A DNA stretch of 64,000 nucleotides from Planctomycetota bacterium. Lineage in GTDB: Bacteria > Planctomycetota > B15-G4. Positions within the stretch are counted from its first letter, which is position 1, and each line of letters starts with the position of its first letter. The notes under the pieces were generated by a model. That model had not been told where the DNA came from, ran no database searches, and was given only the letters and a program-made list of their open reading frames with translations. The translations under genes and the position numbers were made by a program. Shown one piece after another: positions 21,801-29,964 of the stretch. Location of the stretch: NCBI GenBank assembly GCA_038212275.1, contig JBBQUR010000015.1, forward strand, positions 1-64,000. The letters are read 5' to 3'.

Positions 21801-22570
21801 GAGCCGTCGCGCAGGCGCAGCCGCGGCTCGACGTGCAGTGTCACCGGCCCGAGCAGGCCGCCGACATTTTCGTACCAGCTCTCCTTGGCGTGCGGCGTCG
21901 TCTTCAGCGTCACGCCGTCCACCGGCGTTTCGCCCGGGTCCGTCACGCGCAGCACGAGCCGGTGGCGTCCGGGACCGGCGCGGCCCGTGAGCTCCAGGTC
22001 GAAGGCGTCGTAGCCGCCCTCGTGCGCGCCGAGCTCCGCGCCGTCGAGCCACGCGCGGCAGGCCCAATTCACCTGCCCGAAGTGCAACCAGAGCAGCGCG
22101 CCGTGCGCCTCCGCGGGAATCTCCACGTCGCGCACATAGAAGGCGACGCCGTCGTAGCCGCGCGTGGCAGGGCTTCCCTCCAGCGGCCCGGGCACCGTCA
22201 GCGTCACCGGCTCCGACATCGCGCTCGCCGGGCGCCGCGACGCGGACAGCTCCGTCACCCAGCCGTCCGCGAGGCCGACATCGGCGGGGTCCAGCCACAC
22301 GGTCCACTCGCCGTTCAGCGAAAACTCCAGCCGCCCGGCGGCGCGCAACGTGGCCAACGTGGCCAACGTGGCCAACGTGGCCAACGCGGGCAGCGCGGGC
22401 AGCGCAGGCAGCGCGGATGGCGCGGAGGACGCGGAGGGCGCGGGAGCGACGAAGGCAACGGGCGGTGCGGGTCCGGCAAGCCACGCAGGTGCGGCCGGCG
22501 TCGTGTCGGACGCAGGCGCTCCCGCCAGGGCAGGCGCCGCGCACGGCAGCAACGCGGGCAGAAGCCGCAT
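18887..22570 (-). CDS. Glycoside hydrolase family 2 (beta-galactosidase/glucuronidase-like), secreted
   Basis: FSLNGEW, HEGGYDAF, WSPEDPALH, GFNLVRAH, HPSIILWGVLNE (acid/base), VFVSEFG (nucleophile); start may lie up to 22666. Confidence 0.85.
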   Translation of the reverse strand: MRLLPALLPCAAPALAGAPASDTTPAAPAWLAGPAPPVAFVAPAPSASSAPSALPALPALPALATLATLATLATLRAAGRLEFSLNGEWTVWLDPADVGLADGWVTELSASRRPASAMSEPVTLTVPGPLEGSPATRGYDGVAFYVRDVEIPAEAHGALLWLHFGQVNWACRAWLDGAELGAHEGGYDAFDLELTGRAGPGRHRLVLRVTDPGETPVDGVTLKTTPHAKESWYENVGGLLGPVTLHVEPRLRLRDGSVRVDDVASAVSVRGALELSPAHAAETSVDILVSVDGVEQLALRVPIDRGRADFDAHVSLPGAARWSPEDPALHEVRLSVADVDGPRELLTRRIGLRTLEIRDGDLLIDGVRRVLKGVLWQPHATGAGGVTPSDAALVAEVEAIRDTGFNLVRAHVRPAPPAFLDACDRLGLLVLEEPAIGWVNDDPALLPRLLHEIDWMVERDAHHPSIILWGVLNELSGRAFRHADALVVQLAALDDSRPILQDSGSFLGEGRVMPPRATRTAATAATAATAATAATAATAATAATAADLLPMVDKHEYPPYPLALEDRNRLLTLGAPQLVFVSEFGYGTLVDSAAAVAGFESRGLTGDERALFELGAAIERRMARSGRTWTDHDWRAEADRNEADAAEEMVEALRANPAVDLLCYTQWRAVSTESSAGVLAPWGEERPVRERLKRALRPLMAVVLPSRWSVLSGEELSCTLAVVNDTGAPVQGALALDARRVGGEDDPVDDLLSAVPLREFPPGVTSVEQTLHVPREACTLELRATLQLADGAVETSSARRVAVIAAPAVVAAQVWTPGDDPTALASAAVVLIERPEALGAELALDTQLQLWRWVADGGHALVLMRHPAEAPLGEMLGLSLGVEVYPALPLRVAVGSAPGNFMGRLFLRREDAGPRGADSAAVAAGSPGAAGDVVALGRDDALLSPRAMLVGDLPDGAEAHMLALGHLGNRIGVPDADLPFGRGGFRFVGLPLRAAPDAPRDARRAQVLATLLAEAAARTQASRAEEQPTGRATLPALTPVLTPVQGEALKTRLAALSELADFGMRASPWLPGDGGSRLPASIAAALALHDGALLSLLDGRVDEAIAQLDEALDGARWNRGARSFLALEREVLDGLQRRTAKQTAADWDAAYEASELRVAAMKAWFAAVEHTADDTPGGEGETAAPSAAGAGEAGAGEAGDQAAADAKDSEIPGLDALRAARARLAER
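20933..21013. repeat. In-frame 9-bp microsatellite, 9 copies, encoding (Thr-Ala-Ala)9 inside the GH2 catalytic domain
   Basis: CGC(G/A)GC(G/A)GT units; translated TAATAATAA... Confidence 0.9.
22346..22381. repeat. Four perfect copies of 9-bp CAACGTGGC (LAT repeat) in the GH2 N-terminal linker
   Basis: Read directly from the sequence. Confidence 0.9.
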
Positions 22571-22664
22571 GAGCACTGCGGCAAAGGCGGGCGACACGGC
22601 TATCCTGCGCGGGGTCCGCCTCGCCATCCGGGAAGTCATGCCGATGTCCGCCGCTCGAGACGCC

Positions 22665-25259
22665 ATGAGACTGCGCGCGCCACGATACCGCGCCATCCGT
22701 GCGCGGCGCACGGTGCGGACGACACGCGTCCTGCACCACGCGGCGTGCCGGGCCGCGTGCCTCGTGGCGTGCATGCTTGCGCTGCTGGCCGGATCCGTCG
22801 GCGCGCAGGCGGCGACGGCGCGGGAGGCGCTGTGCCGCGCGCTGGTCACGGAGCCCGCCGGGCTGGCGCGCGTGCGCGAGCCGCTGACCTTCGGCGTGCC
22901 CTTCCAGCAAGGCGTCGTGCACGACGTCGCCGCGCTGCGCTGCTGGCGCGTCACGACCGGCGCCGCGCTGCCGGTGCAGGCGCGCGTGTTGTCGCGCTGG
23001 CCGGATGGCAGCGTGCGCTGGGCGCTCGTCGACACGCAGCTGGCGCTGGAGGCGCGCGGCCGCGTGCAGCTCGCCGTCGGACGCGCCGCGGACCTCGCGC
23101 CCACGCCGGCCACGTGGCAGCTGCCACCCGGCATCGACCTCGCGACCAGCCGCCGCATCGTCCTCGGCGACGGCACGACCGAGTGGCCGCTCATCGAGCG
23201 TGGCGCGCCCGGCACCGTCGGCGGCGATCGCGTGGCCGGACTCGCGCCGCGGCTCGTGGACCGCTTCGGCCACCTCTACGGCGGCGTGCTCGACCTGCGC
23301 TCCGTGCAACTGCTCGAATCAGGGCCGCTGCGCCTCTGCTTCCTGATCCGCGGCGAGCACCGCTCGCTGGACGGCAAGGGCCTGGCCGAAGGCTTCCACA
23401 CCTTTGCCGCGCGCGTCTCCGTGCTGGCCGGCTGCGAGCGCGCGCGCGTGCAATGGACGCTGGAGAACTCGCCGCTCACGGACCCTCCCGGCGCACTGGC
23501 CTTCCGCAGCTACGAACTGCTGCTCGACCCGACCTCGCCCGCCGACACGCAGCGCATGCACTGCGTGCTGCCCGCCGTCGCCCCGCGCATCGCGCGCATC
23601 ACGCCGCCGGACGAGACCTTCCTGCTGCGACAGAACGGCCCGACACCCGACAAGTCCGTACTGCGCCTCGGCGACAAAGAGCAGCAGCTCACCAACGCCG
23701 ACGATCTCTGGGCGGGCGTGCTGCTGCCCGCCGCCGCCGTCGAGGGGCGCGGCGCCGGCGCGCCGGAGGCTGGCATCTCCGGGAGCTTCGTGCATCGCTT
23801 CGATTCCGCGCACAATCATCCGGCGGCCTTTCTTCACGGCGACTCCGGGCCGCTGCGCGTCGCCGTGCTGCCCGAGAGCAAGGGCGCCGAGTTCTGGCTC
23901 GATGACGCGACGCAGAAGACCTTCCGCCTCGACCTCGCGCGGATCGCCGGCGACCTCACGCGCGGCGCCGGCGGTGCGGCGGCGCTCGAGGCCACGGCCG
24001 ACGCGGGCGCCGCGCTCATGGCCCGCGCCGGGGCGCCGGCTCTCGTCGCGCTGGATCCGGGCGACGTCGCGGCCAGCCTCGCGTGGGGTGACACCGGTCT
24101 GATGTACGTGCCCGACGCCGCCTCCACGGCACGCGCCAACCTCGGCATCCCGCCGCAGGCCCCCACCGGCTGGACCGACTGGGGCGAGTGGCATTCGCGC
24201 AACACGCACACCACCGGCTCGCCGCGCAACCTGCTCTCCGTCTACCTGGAGTTCATGCAATCGGGCCGCGCCGAGGCCTTTGCCGCCGGCCAGGCCCGCG
24301 CCTTTCATGCGATGGACCTGCGGCCCTTCCACATCCGCGGCTTCCGCGCGAGCGACTTTCCGCGCGCCAACCTCTACGAGGGCACGCCGCACGTCAACGA
24401 GCAGCCGGCCAATCGCCTCGGCCGCAGCGAGATGTCCGCGCGCTTCCCGGAATACAAGACCGGCCTGCCCCCCGCCGGCCACGGCTACAACGGCTTCGAC
24501 AGCGAGCACATGACGCTGGACGACATCTACGAATGCTGGCTGCTCACCGGCGACTGGGTCGCGCACGACGCGCTGGTCTCCGCGGGCGAGGCGATGCTCA
24601 CGTGGCACACGGTGCAGCCCGGCGGCGATCTGTGGGCCGCGCGCAACATCGGCTGGACGCTGCGCGCCCTCGTGCAGGTCCACCGTGCGACGGGCGAGCG
24701 CCGCTACCTCGACGCCGCCGCGGACATGGTGGCGCGTGCGGACCGCGAGCGCGGCCACGGCGCGGTGAAGTACCTGCGCAAGGGCGCGCCCGATCCGCGC
24801 CACATCGCGGACGCCACCAGCGAGGCGCCCTGGATGGTGGCCATCGCGATCCACGGCCTGTGCGCCTACTGGGCCGAGAGCCACGACCCGGCCGTGCCTC
24901 CGCTGCTCACGGACCTCGTGTCCTTCGTGATGTCGGGTTACCGCGGCGAGGGCTGGTTGCCGGATCTCCCCACGGAAGGCGGAACGGCCGGCGCCCGCCC
25001 GCCCGAGAAGCTCGGCACCTCGCTGTGGATTCCGGGCGCTCTCGGCGCCGCGGCCTTCGTCACCGGCGACCACGACGCGGTGGACCTCACCTATCCCTAC
25101 TACACGTACGTCTCGGCGCAGAGCCAGCACTCCGCGGAGTTCGGCGGCGCGACATGGAGCTGGTGGCAGCCATGGCTCGTCTCGGTGCAGTCGCGTTACG
25201 GCGAGCCGGCCGTGCGCCATCCGTCCAGCTTCAGACTGCCCGCTCAGGCCGGGCGCTGA
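22665..25259 (+). CDS. Secreted YetA / PcRGLX (exo-rhamnogalacturonan lyase)-like protein
   Basis: EPLTFGVPF..LPVQARVLSRWPDGSVRWALVD N-terminal motif; ESGPLR; helical-toroid motifs RNIGWTLRAL..ATGERRYLDAA, PWMVAI; start 22665 or 22773. Confidence 0.6.
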   Translation: MRLRAPRYRAIRARRTVRTTRVLHHAACRAACLVACMLALLAGSVGAQAATAREALCRALVTEPAGLARVREPLTFGVPFQQGVVHDVAALRCWRVTTGAALPVQARVLSRWPDGSVRWALVDTQLALEARGRVQLAVGRAADLAPTPATWQLPPGIDLATSRRIVLGDGTTEWPLIERGAPGTVGGDRVAGLAPRLVDRFGHLYGGVLDLRSVQLLESGPLRLCFLIRGEHRSLDGKGLAEGFHTFAARVSVLAGCERARVQWTLENSPLTDPPGALAFRSYELLLDPTSPADTQRMHCVLPAVAPRIARITPPDETFLLRQNGPTPDKSVLRLGDKEQQLTNADDLWAGVLLPAAAVEGRGAGAPEAGISGSFVHRFDSAHNHPAAFLHGDSGPLRVAVLPESKGAEFWLDDATQKTFRLDLARIAGDLTRGAGGAAALEATADAGAALMARAGAPALVALDPGDVAASLAWGDTGLMYVPDAASTARANLGIPPQAPTGWTDWGEWHSRNTHTTGSPRNLLSVYLEFMQSGRAEAFAAGQARAFHAMDLRPFHIRGFRASDFPRANLYEGTPHVNEQPANRLGRSEMSARFPEYKTGLPPAGHGYNGFDSEHMTLDDIYECWLLTGDWVAHDALVSAGEAMLTWHTVQPGGDLWAARNIGWTLRALVQVHRATGERRYLDAAADMVARADRERGHGAVKYLRKGAPDPRHIADATSEAPWMVAIAIHGLCAYWAESHDPAVPPLLTDLVSFVMSGYRGEGWLPDLPTEGGTAGARPPEKLGTSLWIPGALGAAAFVTGDHDAVDLTYPYYTYVSAQSQHSAEFGGATWSWWQPWLVSVQSRYGEPAVRHPSSFRLPAQAGR

Positions 25260-25319
25260 GGGCCCGCTCCGCGCCGGCAAGGTGGCGTGCCCGCGCGCCG
25301 CGGTGCTAATCTCGCGGCC

Positions 25320-26210
25320 ATGAAAAAGCTGTTCATCGGCTGCGGAATCGTCGTGCTGCTCATCGTGGCGGTGCTGGGCTACATCACCTATCAGGTCTAT
25401 CCGCAGGTGAAGGAGTGGCAGTCGCAGTGGGAGACGGCCTTCACGCAGCTGCAGGCGCTGGAGCGCGAGCACCCCTTTGACGCGCAGGCGCAGCTGGCCG
25501 CGCCGCTGGATGCCCGGCGCTTCGAGGCCTCGCTCGCCTTGCGGGCGGACCTCGCGGACCGCCTCACGCGCGTCGGCGAGACGTTCAAGACCGTCGTCGG
25601 CAAGGACTCCGAGGGCGAGTCGCTCGGCGTCGTGGACCTGCTCCGCGAGATGTTCCGCACGGCGACGCCGCTGCTGCCCGATTTCCAGGCGCGGCTCGCC
25701 GAGCAGCAGATGTCCTGGCCGGAGTTCGCCTTCTACACGCGCCTGCTCTGGGCCTGCCTGTATCGGGTGGACGCCGGTGTCGGCCCGCCCGAGCTGGCGT
25801 CGCTGCGCGGCGCCTACGAGAAGCTCAACCAGAACTACGAGACGCTGCGCGCGGACAACAACGGCGGCAAGGACCTGCCTCCGCTGGAAGACGTCATCGG
25901 CAAATTCCCGCCGTCGCTGCTCAACGAGGCCAGCGCGCTGCTTGCGCGCGAGCTGCCGCTCGTCGAGAAGGGCCTGCAGGTCACCGCGGTGGATCACTTC
26001 TACATGCAGCCGATCGCGCGGCTCGAAGACCTGCAGGGGCTGCAGGCCGCGCAGGAGGACATCGCGCGCCAGCACATGAAGAGTCTTGCCGACGAGGGAG
26101 ACGCCGTCGCCGCGCCCGCCGGTGCGCCGGTGCCGCTGGGCAAGGTGCCCGCGGACGAACTCGACACCGACCCGACGCCGGCCGCGCCCGGCACGCCCGG
26201 CGACAAGTAG
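25320..26210 (+). CDS. Hypothetical membrane-anchored protein
   Basis: MKKLFIGCGIVVLLIVAVLGY anchor; strong codon bias; 6 nt upstream of copA. Confidence 0.75.
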   Translation: MKKLFIGCGIVVLLIVAVLGYITYQVYPQVKEWQSQWETAFTQLQALEREHPFDAQAQLAAPLDARRFEASLALRADLADRLTRVGETFKTVVGKDSEGESLGVVDLLREMFRTATPLLPDFQARLAEQQMSWPEFAFYTRLLWACLYRVDAGVGPPELASLRGAYEKLNQNYETLRADNNGGKDLPPLEDVIGKFPPSLLNEASALLARELPLVEKGLQVTAVDHFYMQPIARLEDLQGLQAAQEDIARQHMKSLADEGDAVAAPAGAPVPLGKVPADELDTDPTPAAPGTPGDK

Positions 26211-26216
26211 CCGGAG

Positions 26217-28781
26217 GTGGGCCGCACGCTCGTCGTCCCCGTGCGCGGCATGACCTGCGGCGGGTGCGCCGCGACCATCGAGCGCGGCCTGAAGACGATG
26301 CCCGGCGTGCGCAGCGCGGCGGTCAGCTTCGCGACGCGCACCGCCACCGTCGACGGCGACGTGGATGAGCCCGCCGTGCTCGCGAAGATCGGCAGCCTCG
26401 GCTACGAGGGCGTGTCCTCCGTCGACGCCGCGGCGGCCGCGGGCCGCGCGCACGCCGAGGGCCGCGACGCGGACGACGGCCGGGCCGTCGCGCGGCGCCG
26501 CGCCTGGCTGGCCGGCGCGCTGTCCGTGCTCTCGCTGCTCGCCGCGACACGCTTCCCCTGGCTCTCGGCCGCGTTCGCGCTGGCGGCGCTGGTCTGGCCG
26601 GGCGGCCGCATCTTCGTGCAGGCGCTGCGACTGCTGGCCGCGCGCCACGCCGCGATGGACAGCCTCATCGCGCTCGGCTCGGCCGCGGCCTTCGGCCTCG
26701 CGACGTGGTTGCAGCTCGTCGCGGACGGCGTGCTCGCGTCGGATGCAGCCGGCGCCGCGCACGGCGCACTCGGCGCGGCCGGGGCCGCTGCGGGTGCGGC
26801 GGGTGCGGCGGATGCTGCCGGCGCCGCGCATGACCATCCGCTCTTTGCGATGGCGGCGCTCATCGTGACCTTCGTGCTCATCGGGCGCGCGCTCGAGGAG
26901 AACGCGCGCCACAAGGCCGCCGCCGCGCTCACGGCGCTGGGCGCGCGGGCGCCGGACGAGGCGCGCCTCCTGGAGGATGGCCTCGAGCGCCGCGTCCCCG
27001 CCTCCGCCGTGCAGGTCGGCGACGTGCTGCTCGTCGGCGCGGGGCAGGCCGTGCCCGCCGACGGCATCGTGCTGGAAGGCCGCTCGGGCTTCGACGAGTC
27101 GCTGCTCACGGGCGAAACCATGCCGCAATTCCGCGTGCCGGGCGATGCGCTGGTCGCGGGCAGCACCAACGTCGGCGGCGCGCTCGTCTCGCTGCGCGCC
27201 ACGGCCGTCGGCAGCGAGGCCACGCTGGCGCGGCTGCTGCGCCTGGTCGCGGAGGCGCAGGGCAGCAAGCCGCCGGTGCAGCGCCTCGCGGACCGCGTGG
27301 CCGGCATCTTCGTGCCGGTCGTGCTTGTCATCGCCGTGGCCGTGTTCGTCTTCGGGGCGGGCGACCTCGGCGCGCGCGCGCTGGCCGCGGTGTCGGTGCT
27401 CGTCGTGGCCTGCCCCTGCGCGCTGGGCCTCGCCACGCCGACGGCCGTGCAGGTGGCGACGGGCCGCGCCGCGCAGCTCGGCCTGCTCGTGCGCGACGCC
27501 GCGGCGCTCGAAGCCTGCGCGCACATCGACACTCTGCTGGTGGACAAGACCGGCACGCTCACGATGGGCGAGCCGCTGGTGGAAGGCGTCGCGCTGCTGG
27601 ACAGCCGCCACGCCGAAGGCGGACGACTCATCGAACGCACGAGCCACACCTGGGCCGCGCTCGTCGGCGCCAGGCTCTCGGCCGCCGCGACGGCGCAGTC
27701 GCCGGACGCAGCGCACGGCGCCAAACGAGCCGCGCTGGCCGACGCGGCGCACGATGCCGAGCGAGCCGCGCTGGCCGACGCGGCGCTCGTCGCGCGAGCG
27801 CTGGCCGCGGCCGCCGCCGTGGAGGTCGCCTCGGGCCACCCGCTCGCCGCCGCGATCCGCGGCGAAGCGCAACGCCTCGACTTGGCGATTCCGGAAGTCG
27901 ACCAGGCCACGCTGCACGCCGCCGGCGGTGGCGTCGCAGGCCGGTTGAAGACGGCGCATGCGTCGGGCGCGTCGGGTGGCGCGCGAGTCGGCGCTGCCAC
28001 CGGCACCGTCGGCGCCCTCGGCGCAGGCGATGCGCGGGCCGCGGACGCCGCACGAGTCGGCGGCACGACGGTCCTCGTCGGGGCGCCGGGGTTTCTCGCG
28101 GAGCGCGGCGTGGACGTGTCGGGCGCTGCGGCGCTCGCGGACCGCTTCCGGCGCCGCGGCTGGACGCTCGCCTTCGTGGCGCTCGACGGGCAGCCGTGCC
28201 TGCTGCTCGGCCTCGCGGACCGCGTGCGCCCCACCAGCCCGCGTGCGGTGCGCGTGCTGGCCGGCCTCGGCGTGCGCTGCGTGATGACCACCGGCGATCA
28301 CGCGGCGGCGGCCTCCGCCATCGGCGCGCTGGCGGGCATCGACGAGATACACGCCGCCGAGACGCCCGCCGGCAAGGCCACGCGCGTGCGCGCGTTGCAG
28401 GCCGACGGCCGCCGCGTCGGCATGGTGGGCGATGGCAGCAACGATGCGCCGGCGCTCGCGGCCGCCGACGTCGGCTTCGCGGTCGGCGGCGCGAGCGACC
28501 TCGCGCGGCTCAGCGCGCCGCTCGTCCTCGTGCGCGGCGACCTGGCGCGCGTCGCGGTCAGCGTGGAGCTCGCGCGCGCGACCATGCGCATCATCCGCCA
28601 GAACCTCGCGCTTGCCTTCGCCTACAACCTCGTCGCGATTCCTGCCGCGGCCACGGGCCGGATGGATCCGCCCTTCGCGGCGGCGGCGATGGCCGCCAGC
28701 TCGCTGCTCGTCGTGGCCAACGCGCTGCGCCTGCGCCATTTCCGCTCGAAGCTGGAAACCGGCTTCGGCCTCGAGAGCTGA
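26217..28781 (+). CDS. copA: Heavy-metal P1B-type ATPase, Cu(I)-type
   Basis: GMTCGGC HMA domain, DESLLTGE, CPCALGLATP, DKTGTLT, SGHP, GDGSND, YN and MAASS TM ligands; GGAG RBS. Confidence 0.88.
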   Translation: MGRTLVVPVRGMTCGGCAATIERGLKTMPGVRSAAVSFATRTATVDGDVDEPAVLAKIGSLGYEGVSSVDAAAAAGRAHAEGRDADDGRAVARRRAWLAGALSVLSLLAATRFPWLSAAFALAALVWPGGRIFVQALRLLAARHAAMDSLIALGSAAAFGLATWLQLVADGVLASDAAGAAHGALGAAGAAAGAAGAADAAGAAHDHPLFAMAALIVTFVLIGRALEENARHKAAAALTALGARAPDEARLLEDGLERRVPASAVQVGDVLLVGAGQAVPADGIVLEGRSGFDESLLTGETMPQFRVPGDALVAGSTNVGGALVSLRATAVGSEATLARLLRLVAEAQGSKPPVQRLADRVAGIFVPVVLVIAVAVFVFGAGDLGARALAAVSVLVVACPCALGLATPTAVQVATGRAAQLGLLVRDAAALEACAHIDTLLVDKTGTLTMGEPLVEGVALLDSRHAEGGRLIERTSHTWAALVGARLSAAATAQSPDAAHGAKRAALADAAHDAERAALADAALVARALAAAAAVEVASGHPLAAAIRGEAQRLDLAIPEVDQATLHAAGGGVAGRLKTAHASGASGGARVGAATGTVGALGAGDARAADAARVGGTTVLVGAPGFLAERGVDVSGAAALADRFRRRGWTLAFVALDGQPCLLLGLADRVRPTSPRAVRVLAGLGVRCVMTTGDHAAAASAIGALAGIDEIHAAETPAGKATRVRALQADGRRVGMVGDGSNDAPALAAADVGFAVGGASDLARLSAPLVLVRGDLARVAVSVELARATMRIIRQNLALAFAYNLVAIPAAATGRMDPPFAAAAMAASSLLVVANALRLRHFRSKLETGFGLES

Positions 28782-28992
28782 CGACTGCGTCACGCGTCGA
28801 TGCTGCGCCGCCGCGCGGATCCGGCGGGCCGCCGCACCGAAGTCCACTACAGCCGGCTCGGGTTCCGGACCGATACGTTCGAGGCAGACGACTTGATCTC
28901 CGTGGTCAGGTCAGCACCACGCGACGTCCCACCTCGCCCCTCGGCGAGTCGCCCGCACGGCCCCCGCGCGGGCGACCGGTCCGGAGCTCTCC

Positions 28993-29964
28993 ATGCGCAT
29001 TCTCGTCGTCGAAGATGAACCCGTCAGCCAGCGCCTGCTCGTCCGCGTGCTCACGAGCATGGGCCACGAGGTCTCCGCTGCGAGTGACGGCGAAGAGGCC
29101 TGGCTCGCGTTCAAGCGGCAGCCGTACCGCGTGGTCGTGACCGACTGGATGATGCCCGGCACCGACGGCCTCGAGCTGACGCGCCGCATCCGCGCCGCGC
29201 GCGCCGGCGGCTACACCTGGATCGTCATGCTGACCGCGATGGACTTCGGCAGCAACTTCCGCCACGCGATGGAAGACGGCGTGGACGACTTCCTCACCAA
29301 GCCGCTGGACCACGAGCTGCTGCGCGTGCGCCTCTCCGTGGCCGAACGCATCCTGAAGCTCGGCGAGCAGGTGGACATGCTGGCCGCCGCGCTCCCCATC
29401 TGCATGCACTGCAAGGCGGTGCGCGACGGCGCGGACAGCTGGAAGCGCGTGGAGGACTTCTTCCACGACGTGGACTTCTCGCACGGCTACTGCCCGGACT
29501 GCTACTACGACCACTCGCTGCTGCCCGAGCTGCAGCGCCACCGCGCGGCCGGCGCGACGCCCTCCCCCGACCTGCACGCGGTGCTCGACCTCCCGGTGCT
29601 CGACGCGCTGCTCGCCTTCGAGGACCACGATTCGCCCGGCCTTTTCGATGATCTCGTCGAGGGCCTCGACGAGGCCTCGCGCCGCCTGCGCGCGGACATC
29701 GTCACCTTCGGCGGCAGCAGCCTCGTGAGCGACGACATGCGCCGCCGCTGCCAGCGCTTCCGCGACCGCTGCATGGACCTCGGCGCCGGCGCGATGGTGC
29801 TGCAGCTCGACCGCCTGCTCTCGCTCTCGCCGCAGGACCAGCTGCAGCAGTACTCGGCCATCGCCGCCGAGGCGCAGGCCACGCTGGACGCGCTCCTCGA
29901 CGCCGTGCACGCGCGGCACGCGGCGCGCAAGCCGGCCACGCCGTCGCCCACCGCGGCGCGCTAG
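28993..29964 (+). CDS. Response regulator: REC + Cys4 (LPICxxC..SHGxCPxC) domain + degenerate HPt-like domain
   Basis: RILVVED..TDWMMPG..LTA..KP; LPICMHCKAVRD..FSHGYCPDC; C-terminal helical LD..L..CQRFRDRCMDLGA. Confidence 0.85.
   Translation: MRILVVEDEPVSQRLLVRVLTSMGHEVSAASDGEEAWLAFKRQPYRVVVTDWMMPGTDGLELTRRIRAARAGGYTWIVMLTAMDFGSNFRHAMEDGVDDFLTKPLDHELLRVRLSVAERILKLGEQVDMLAAALPICMHCKAVRDGADSWKRVEDFFHDVDFSHGYCPDCYYDHSLLPELQRHRAAGATPSPDLHAVLDLPVLDALLAFEDHDSPGLFDDLVEGLDEASRRLRADIVTFGGSSLVSDDMRRRCQRFRDRCMDLGAGAMVLQLDRLLSLSPQDQLQQYSAIAAEAQATLDALLDAVHARHAARKPATPSPTAAR

Noticed and set aside
23319..28847. 1842-aa minus-strand ORF, and similar long ORFs such as 9246-12299 +, 15705-18377 +, 20675-23905 + and 45765-48566 -
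   Set aside because: Antisense shadows of well-supported genes; stop-poor because of high GC3; Arg/Ala/Gly-rich with no motifs
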